Part shown: piece by piece, positions 57,504 to 64,000 of the stretch
Position numbering within the stretch: position 1 is the stretch's first letter
How the letters are laid out: each line of letters begins with the position of its first letter
Source: Candidatus Peribacteria bacterium
Lineage (GTDB): Bacteria; Patescibacteriota; Gracilibacteria; Peribacterales; Peribacteraceae
Assembly (NCBI GenBank): GCA_041691135.1
Contig: JBEPVF010000002.1
Coordinates: 160,001-224,000, forward strand
Reading direction: 5' to 3'
DNA length: 64,000 nucleotides
Notes under the pieces: model-generated
Databases searched by the model: none
Told to the model about the DNA's origin: nothing
The model's input: only the letters and a program-made list of their open reading frames with translations
Translations under genes and position numbers: made by a program

Positions 57504-58640
57504 TCAAATATAGTAAACTGCCGGTCTCGGAAAACCATTAAAATTGCTTGAAACCGTAAGACTATACGCTCCGACATCATGGAAAATTAGCTTATCACCT
57601 ATTTCAACATCTCGAGGCAAGAAGGCTTCACGAGTAATAATATCAGCGGAGTCACCCGTCGGCCCAGCAAGAGCAAAAGGTGCCTCTTCTACGTTATAGG
57701 AAGAACGCATAGTAGTAACCCTATAACGGGTAGATCCCTGGAAAGCCATTGCTTCATGCAATGCATCATATACACCGGCATCAAGAAATATCCATGTACT
57801 CTCACTTCGTTCAACTTTCCCTATTACAGTGGCTACAAGAATACCTGCAGTAGCTATAATTTTTCTTCCTGGCTCAATTATAATTTTTGGCTGATATGGA
57901 AGTTTATTGAATTGGACGAGCGTATTTTTAGCAATCTCCTTTAGACTTAGTTCAATTTCTGTCGAAGCATAGGAACAAGGAAAACCACCACCAATATTTA
58001 CGACTTCTATTTCAATTCCTAGTTTTTTAAGACGCTTTAGAGGCTCCTGCAAATGCCCTAATGCTTCAGCCCAAGCTAAAGGATTGCTTGCCTGTGATCC
58101 TACATGAAAGCTAACACCATACGGCTTAAGACCAAGTTTTTTAGCTCTTTCGAGCAGAGGAACTACATTTTCCTTAGTTGTACCAAATTTTTCAGAAAAC
58201 TTAAAAACACTCCCAGCATCATTTGCAATCATTCTAACACTTACTCGTGAGCCAGGGGCTGCTATTGCAATTTTTTCTAATTCAGAGAGTGAATCAAAAG
58301 CAAATCTATCTACACCATATTCAAAGAACTCTTTTATATGTAACAGTGGTTTTATGGCTGACCCATATATAATTTTCTCAGGTGATACATTTATTTTTTT
58401 TAGAATATTGAGCTCATAAACTGAAGCAACTTCATAGCCGCAACCAACATCTGATAATATTTTTAATACCTCAGGTTCTGAATTCGCCTTCATTGCATAA
58501 TGAATCGCCGCTCTTGGAAAATACTTCTGAAACTCCCTAAAGCTATGAACCATATTCTCTTTGGAAAAGAGAAAAAACGGAGTTTCATATTGGATTTCAT
58601 CTAAGGCTGCATGATCAAATTTATTTTTATGAGTTGTCAT
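57504..58640 (-). CDS. Fold-type III PLP decarboxylase (ornithine/lysine decarboxylase-like)
   Basis: YAMKAN (PLP lysine), KFG, FHVGSQ, IGGGF, EPGR, GPTGDSAD and GAYS...FNGF. Confidence 0.9.
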   Translation of the reverse strand: MTTHKNKFDHAALDEIQYETPFFLFSKENMVHSFREFQKYFPRAAIHYAMKANSEPEVLKILSDVGCGYEVASVYELNILKKINVSPEKIIYGSAIKPLLHIKEFFEYGVDRFAFDSLSELEKIAIAAPGSRVSVRMIANDAGSVFKFSEKFGTTKENVVPLLERAKKLGLKPYGVSFHVGSQASNPLAWAEALGHLQEPLKRLKKLGIEIEVVNIGGGFPCSYASTEIELSLKEIAKNTLVQFNKLPYQPKIIIEPGRKIIATAGILVATVIGKVERSESTWIFLDAGVYDALHEAMAFQGSTRYRVTTMRSSYNVEEAPFALAGPTGDSADIITREAFLPRDVEIGDKLIFHDVGAYSLTVSSNFNGFPRPAVYYI

Positions 58641-59542
58641 AAAACGCTATAGGCAGATAAAATCATAATTCCGAGTATAATAATTATTATACCAATAATT
58701 TGAAGAAGCGTTATTTTTTCTCTCAAGAAAAGATGTGCAAGGAGAATCGTTGGAAGAGAAAATGCTCCACTCAGAAGGGCAACGACGCTTGTCAAAGATG
58801 TAACACTATATCCCCAACTAATAGCAAGATAGGCAACTATTTCACAGGCACCAACCAAGAGTAAAAACTTCCAGTCAGAAGATTCTATTTTAAATATTTT
58901 TTTCCTCCGAATTTTAGCAAAAATTAATATAGTTAGAGTCATAAATACATACATTGCAAAAGTATCAAACCACCAATCTTGCCCTTCAATAAAACTATTC
59001 CAGGATAAAGTCCATATGATTGCAAGTACTGTTGCCACAGCAATTTCTACAAAACCAGGCACACGGCTAAAAATAATGCGCTTCGTTTGCACAGCCTGCT
59101 GGTCCAAATTAATTAATAGTATGCCAGCAAAAAGAGGAATTAATCCTAAAAGGAAATAGACATTTATAGTCTCTCCAAACAAAATTATAGAAAAGATAGC
59201 TGTAAAACCAGAATAGGAAGAAAAAATGGGGCTGAGCACAGCAACCTGACCCTTTCCAAAACCCTTGTAAACTAAAAGATAGACTGCGGCTTGAAGTACA
59301 CCAAAGAAAAATAGTAATATCCATTCATGAATACCATGGGGTATTTGAAGCGAGTGCTTACTTAGTACTGACTGATAAAATATGACAAGAAAAAGTATCC
59401 CCGTTCCAAATAAGTGAGCCCAAACTAATGTGACAATATCTCCTACCTTATCAATTACTTTTTTTGCAAAAAAATCGGCCAATCCCCAACCTAACATACC
59501 TCCAAGCCCAGCAATTATAGCGACGATTAATTCAGTTTCCAT
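58637..59542 (-). CDS. EamA/DMT family transporter
   Basis: About 10 TM helices in two repeats; WGLADFFAK, VLSPI.S and LFLREKIT; ATGA overlap with the decarboxylase. Confidence 0.9.
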   Translation of the reverse strand: METELIVAIIAGLGGMLGWGLADFFAKKVIDKVGDIVTLVWAHLFGTGILFLVIFYQSVLSKHSLQIPHGIHEWILLFFFGVLQAAVYLLVYKGFGKGQVAVLSPIFSSYSGFTAIFSIILFGETINVYFLLGLIPLFAGILLINLDQQAVQTKRIIFSRVPGFVEIAVATVLAIIWTLSWNSFIEGQDWWFDTFAMYVFMTLTILIFAKIRRKKIFKIESSDWKFLLLVGACEIVAYLAISWGYSVTSLTSVVALLSGAFSLPTILLAHLFLREKITLLQIIGIIIIILGIMILSAYSVL

Positions 59543-59590
59543 AAATTTTATAGCAACTATTAATACTTCAAATTTAGATTACAAGTTATT

Positions 59591-59609
59591 TTGACATATG
59601 TTAAGTCAA
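59591..59609. promoter_or_regulatory. Candidate operator over the -35 of the EamA-decarboxylase operon
   Basis: TTGAC-N9-GTCAA inverted repeat containing TTGACT on the minus strand. Confidence 0.35.
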
Positions 59610-59723
59610 TATTGCATAGACTAAGGACTCAAGTTAATGAGCCTAATAAAAAAATTTTCTCCTGACTAGACATTTCGTAGCTGGATGTTTATTCTTAATT
59701 TTAAACAAATAAATTCATTCCTT

Positions 59724-62027
59724 CTACTTATATTTTTTTAAATTTAACTTAGCTTCACCTAGTCTGATTAGTAAAATTGCCAGTGCTAATAAAGCTGATA
59801 GAGTAAAAAGTGTTACAATACCCACTATAAATTTACTTCTAACCTTTCCATACAAATCATCTGTATACATATCGATTTCAATGATACCAATTGTGTTTCC
59901 TTCACTATTTTTTATAGGAGCAATTCCTGAAACAAATTTTCCCCACTGATCAAAAATAGAGTCATAGGCTACTGGTTGCCTAAGAGCATCATTCAAATTT
60001 TGAGGAATGGGCGAAACATATCTTATGCCTGGTGCAACGTTTTCCTCAGTATCATCTATTTTCCCATCAAGATTATAATCAGCAGAAAAAGGTAAATTAT
60101 AATTGGAATCGGCATCAGCAACAAATTCCCATACATCTTTTATCTCAGTAGGACGCATGATATAAACATATCTAATATTTTTGTCCTGATTTCTTATTTC
60201 ATTCAATCTATTAAAAACTTTTTGATACTCAGTAAGCTTCATATCTTTTGCAAAATGCAGAGCATTTATGTCAGTTTCCTGAAACTCCATAGCAGCAGTT
60301 GCCGAAACAAATTTTAATTTGCTTAACAGATCATTTTTTACAATCTTCAATGTATAAAAATACATGAATACGATAACTAATAAAGATACTGAACTAATTA
60401 TAAGGATTAACAAATATAGTTTTTTGTTTTTCAAAAAGTTCATGCATTCTTTTAAAAGAGATCTATTAAACGCAGTTAACCTTATAAAAATTAGGAAGAT
60501 GAAAAGCGCAAAAAACCAAAACAGAGGGAGAAAAGTTTGCGAACTCAATTTACTCAAGTCACTAGCTCTCATGTCAGCTGCCATAACCGCTATGACATTT
60601 CCTTCCTTGTCTTTGATTGGTGCATAACCAGAAATTACTTTGCCCCAGTTATCTTGGTAGAAATCTTTATTGGCAAGAGGTCTGTTGTATCCTTCTAGAG
60701 CCTCTAAAGGCGGGTTTGTGTATATTTGTCCTGGCCATTGTAAATAATCTTGAGAATCAATTTTTCCATCACTATTCACATCAACATCATTAGTCGTATC
60801 GGCATCTGAATTTGCATATGGATTTATAGAATGGGAGTCGGCGACAAATTCAATCTTTGAAGGATCTGTTTTAGATTTCCTAAAAATATAGGCGAACAGA
60901 ATGTCGGCGTTGCTTATGCGGATTTCCTTTAGCTGAGATACTACTCTTTGCCACTCTGGTTTTTTCCAATCTGCTTCAACCTGCAGAGCCTCAATATCTT
61001 TAGGATCAAATGCCAATACTCCGGTTGTAGCTACTGATATGATTTTCTCCTTCATTCGCTGCATATTCAATGCATCGGTGTAGCGTTGAATACCGTATGT
61101 TAAACCAGCTGCAAAAAGAGCAAGACCAAGAATGATTCCTATGCTTCTCTTTGTAAGAAAAAAACCTCGCAGTCCGGATAGTAAGCGGGTTTTGATGGGT
61201 ATTCCTTCGGGCATTATAATATTTTGTTCTCCTGTTCCATTATTTGCAGCAATAGCCGCTTGTATCTTCTCTCTCCAAATTTTCTCGAAGAAGACCTTCT
61301 CCATTCCAGCCATCTCCGGATAATCGATCAAACAGGCACGTTTCTCTACATGATTAAAGCAGGCAATAGTGTCACCGGTAATGATTTTCTCGTACGAGAA
61401 AGAACATTCCTCTTGGGAAATGAGAAACGTTTTCCGATACTCAAATGGATCGCGCGATGCGAAACGCCGACCGAGCGGGGTATCGTGCGCGATGACACGC
61501 TCGAAGATATTGCGAGTACGGCGCTCGCGAAAATACTCGACAAAAAAATCACGGAGTGGATCCTCTTCTACAGTGTGCTGGACAGGCAGATAACGAAGCA
61601 TTTCTTTTCCTTTATCAAGCAAACGCATGTATGCCTGCTTCATTCCAGCTTCTCCTTCGAAGTGTTGCATATCCGGCCGGGTCTTATCCACTTTGAGCGA
61701 CGCGACATACGACTCAAAATTTTCGTGTCGGCGCAGTAGTTCTTCACGTTTCTGATTCGTATCTTGATGAAGCATTGTGGACACTGCGTCCAGCGATATA
61801 AGCGTGTACTTCCAGTTATCGTTAATCCATTCCTTCTTTACTATCTTCTTGCGAATCAATTTCTTCATCGCCTGATCAAGCACGCCAGGACTCTTTCCCG
61901 TTTTGGAAGCGATTTGCCGAGTGGTTAGGGCATCGTGTTCGAGAAGATTTTTCAGAATCAGGAGTTCCGTAGTAGAAAACCCCGCATCCTGTAAATACGC
62001 CTCGATGCTTGATGGCAAGGATTGCAT
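59724..62027 (-). CDS. TrmB-type wHTH regulator fused to TM helices and two extracytoplasmic Cache/PDC-like domains
   Basis: N-terminal L...GFS..E.....LL..LTTRQIASKTG HTH; FEGEAGM effector region; two D.WGK..SG.APIK..EGN.I domains, each with a DxNxDGKID loop; four TM segments. Confidence 0.8.
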   Translation of the reverse strand: MQSLPSSIEAYLQDAGFSTTELLILKNLLEHDALTTRQIASKTGKSPGVLDQAMKKLIRKKIVKKEWINDNWKYTLISLDAVSTMLHQDTNQKREELLRRHENFESYVASLKVDKTRPDMQHFEGEAGMKQAYMRLLDKGKEMLRYLPVQHTVEEDPLRDFFVEYFRERRTRNIFERVIAHDTPLGRRFASRDPFEYRKTFLISQEECSFSYEKIITGDTIACFNHVEKRACLIDYPEMAGMEKVFFEKIWREKIQAAIAANNGTGEQNIIMPEGIPIKTRLLSGLRGFFLTKRSIGIILGLALFAAGLTYGIQRYTDALNMQRMKEKIISVATTGVLAFDPKDIEALQVEADWKKPEWQRVVSQLKEIRISNADILFAYIFRKSKTDPSKIEFVADSHSINPYANSDADTTNDVDVNSDGKIDSQDYLQWPGQIYTNPPLEALEGYNRPLANKDFYQDNWGKVISGYAPIKDKEGNVIAVMAADMRASDLSKLSSQTFLPLFWFFALFIFLIFIRLTAFNRSLLKECMNFLKNKKLYLLILIISSVSLLVIVFMYFYTLKIVKNDLLSKLKFVSATAAMEFQETDINALHFAKDMKLTEYQKVFNRLNEIRNQDKNIRYVYIMRPTEIKDVWEFVADADSNYNLPFSADYNLDGKIDDTEENVAPGIRYVSPIPQNLNDALRQPVAYDSIFDQWGKFVSGIAPIKNSEGNTIGIIEIDMYTDDLYGKVRSKFIVGIVTLFTLSALLALAILLIRLGEAKLNLKKYK

Positions 62028-62176
62028 GACAAATTGACACTTTACCCCGATTTTTAACGATGTAAACGATCAAAAGTACCCTTTGCGATAGTAAGAATTT
62101 GAAATATGGGTATTTTGGCTTCGGGTAAAGATTATCTGACGTTCTATGAACTAATAGAACAGACCAACGAATCGCC

Positions 62177-62704
62177 TTATAATCCTTGTTTTTCCGCTGG
62201 CAGTTTAATGGTTCGTGGATCAGTAATTCCGGCATTCCATTCATTCTTAGAAGAAGCAAGTTCCATACCTGCGGCCCCCTGTAATTTTCCTGATTTCCAA
62301 TGCAACAACGGTATATCGTGATCCATTTGATCAGACCCAAGTGAAGCAATAGTTTTAGGAGGGGGATCGATATTGAATATCAAAATTCCAGTACCCCCCT
62401 TGCTAGTTATTATTGGTGTATTTAGAGCTTTTGCCTGGCACCAACTTTTTGGAGAAGTATACCTTTTGACTCCAGCAATTTTATCAGTCTCACCATCTGT
62501 AAATGGCAAGTCTGAGCAATTTAAGTCTGCTTCATCTATTGTAAAACCTTCAACGACATCCCACGACTGTGATTTATAAACTATGACATGGACCAACAAG
62601 TTACTCATAATGGGCAATTTTTTTACTGGTTCTGCAAAGCTTTCTGTTTGTGCACAAGAAGTCAGTAATACTAAGAGGCCAGTAATAAAAATTATTTTTT
62701 TCAT
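62177..62704 (-). CDS. Lipoprotein, candidate immunity protein
   Basis: MKKIIFITGLLVLLTSC lipobox; its ATG overlaps the upstream TAA (TAATG). Confidence 0.7.
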   Translation of the reverse strand: MKKIIFITGLLVLLTSCAQTESFAEPVKKLPIMSNLLVHVIVYKSQSWDVVEGFTIDEADLNCSDLPFTDGETDKIAGVKRYTSPKSWCQAKALNTPIITSKGGTGILIFNIDPPPKTIASLGSDQMDHDIPLLHWKSGKLQGAAGMELASSKNEWNAGITDPRTIKLPAEKQGL

Positions 62705-64000
62705 TATTTCAGTGCGATACGATAAATTGTAAATTTATCAGCTTTTTCATCAAGTCTATCGTATGACATAAAATGATACCGTATTGTATTATCAGCTTGG
62801 CGATTATAATCCCCATTATATTTTTTTTGCACAGAATCGTAAGCAGACACATATTGACCGTTAGTATCGAGCTTAAACTCACCTGTGCCTGAAGCAACAG
62901 GCGTGTAATCATTTACTAAATCACCGAAATTAGTATCCATAACCCATATGCCGTCTTGCTCTTTTTTTCCAATTACCATTGTGTGTGGAGTTGAACCGTA
63001 CATCATTTGAACAATATCACCTTCTTTTACATCAATTGAGCTAACTTTGTTTTTAAATGAATTAAATTTATTACCTTGATCTATAGCTATAACATTAGGA
63101 CTGCCATCGACATCCCATCTATAGCGCAGATCTACAAGTTCTCCGTTTCGAATTTCCTTACCATCATCGTGGTTAGAGGGAAGTAAAATACCTGTGGAGT
63201 TTATTATAAGAACTTTCCTCAGCCAATCTTTACACTCCAGTTGACCTGTGTCATGCGGAGACCCTCTTAACTCAAATCCTTTGACACCTAAACTTGTATT
63301 TTCAACGTACGATAATTCTCCGTTCGCATAATCTTTAATGAATTGGTCAATAATCTTCTTATTCCCCTCCGGGATCTGCCCATAATCAATATCAAATATA
63401 GAAGCAATTTTCTCGTTCATTCTAGTCTTCTCCTCAAGAGAAAAACTGTTCCACTTGTCTCCAAATAATTTGGGAATGTCCACCTCCGAATGAGAAACCT
63501 CCTTCACCGTAAACTCGCTCGTCGCCATCTGCGCTGTCGATCCGTCTTCGAAGCGAACAACCACGTTCAACCATGTCTGACCGTGGATCATGTGATTCGT
63601 GAGTACGCTTGCAGGAAGGGTAATGTAAAGACCATGACGTATGGCTGCCAAAGATTGTGAATCAATATCGGCATCTGATTTACCTGTTACATCAAAGAGT
63701 GCTGGCATAACACGTACATTCTGCACTCTCTTGTCACCGATTACATAGTCCAAACGAATGCGGATCTGATCGTCACTCGTAAATTCTGCACCGTTGATTG
63801 ATGCTGCGATCATATGTGGTGCAGCATTCGCCTCGTTGCTCGGGTTGAAGATTTGTTCGTAGCCGGCAATACTAAAGAGCGCTTTGAGCATTCTCTGTTT
63901 CGCCTGAGTATCTTTCTGAAGCGCCACAACCATGATCTTCTGCCAGGGAATAGCAGTGACCTGCTCCACTGTTTTTGCGTAGTCGACCATCTCAACTAGA
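62704..64000 (-). CDS. 5'-truncated protein with C-terminal CHAP/NlpC-P60-like cysteine amidase domain
   Basis: GQLECKDWLRKV...VKEGDIVQM....PHTMVI......GIWVMDTNF (Cys-His-polar order); frame is open to the window end. Confidence 0.65.
   Translation of the reverse strand, partial: LVEMVDYAKTVEQVTAIPWQKIMVVALQKDTQAKQRMLKALFSIAGYEQIFNPSNEANAAPHMIAASINGAEFTSDDQIRIRLDYVIGDKRVQNVRVMPALFDVTGKSDADIDSQSLAAIRHGLYITLPASVLTNHMIHGQTWLNVVVRFEDGSTAQMATSEFTVKEVSHSEVDIPKLFGDKWNSFSLEEKTRMNEKIASIFDIDYGQIPEGNKKIIDQFIKDYANGELSYVENTSLGVKGFELRGSPHDTGQLECKDWLRKVLIINSTGILLPSNHDDGKEIRNGELVDLRYRWDVDGSPNVIAIDQGNKFNSFKNKVSSIDVKEGDIVQMMYGSTPHTMVIGKKEQDGIWVMDTNFGDLVNDYTPVASGTGEFKLDTNGQYVSAYDSVQKKYNGDYNRQADNTIRYHFMSYDRLDEKADKFTIYRIALK

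Noticed and set aside
54700-61300. att sites or target duplications bounding the AT-rich island
   Set aside because: No direct repeat or mobility gene was found by eye, so the boundaries rest on composition only.
1-64000. tRNA, rRNA, CRISPR array, integrase/transposase, or genetic code 25 recoding
   Set aside because: No T-loop or cloverleaf, rRNA-like tract, spaced repeat array or recombinase motif was seen by eye. TGA stops fall at natural protein ends (for example 6127, 23490, 44989). Covariance searches were not run.

Overview
A 64-kb, gene-dense bacterial window read with the standard code; TGA ends ORFs at domain boundaries. No rRNA, tRNA, CRISPR array, integrase or transposase was seen. 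The content (SLH surface proteins, class F sortases, TrmB-type regulator, amidase-SpoIID fusion, typA as the only core gene, almost no Shine-Dalgarno sites) suggests a CPR/Patescibacteria genome, possibly Peribacteria/Peregrinibacteria; this is inference. The backbone encodes envelope proteins (two tandem beta-helix adhesins, a beta-propeller, Ig-repeat, RTX-repeat and Calx-beta proteins, sortase-substrate pairs), redox/stress genes and alkylation repair. Several visibly AT-richer inserts interrupt it. Highlights: (1) An AT-rich 54.8-62.0 kb block with a TrmB regulator fused to two extracytoplasmic sensor domains, an EamA exporter, a PLP decarboxylase lacking its catalytic Cys, a stand-alone membrane receptor-like protein, a small soluble protein and a soluble GAF histidine kinase; it reads like a make-export-sense small-molecule signalling system. 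(2) A probable polymorphic CHAP/NlpC-P60 wall toxin with a coupled lipoprotein immunity candidate. (3) An ECF sigma factor fused to a SAM methyltransferase. (4) Two secreted-protein genes that share promoter, signal peptide and terminator but carry unrelated mature domains. (5) Pervasive leaderless promoters alongside polypyrimidine leaders. (6) A T8 tract that disconnects the HtrA signal peptide. All family calls come from motif recognition, not database searches.
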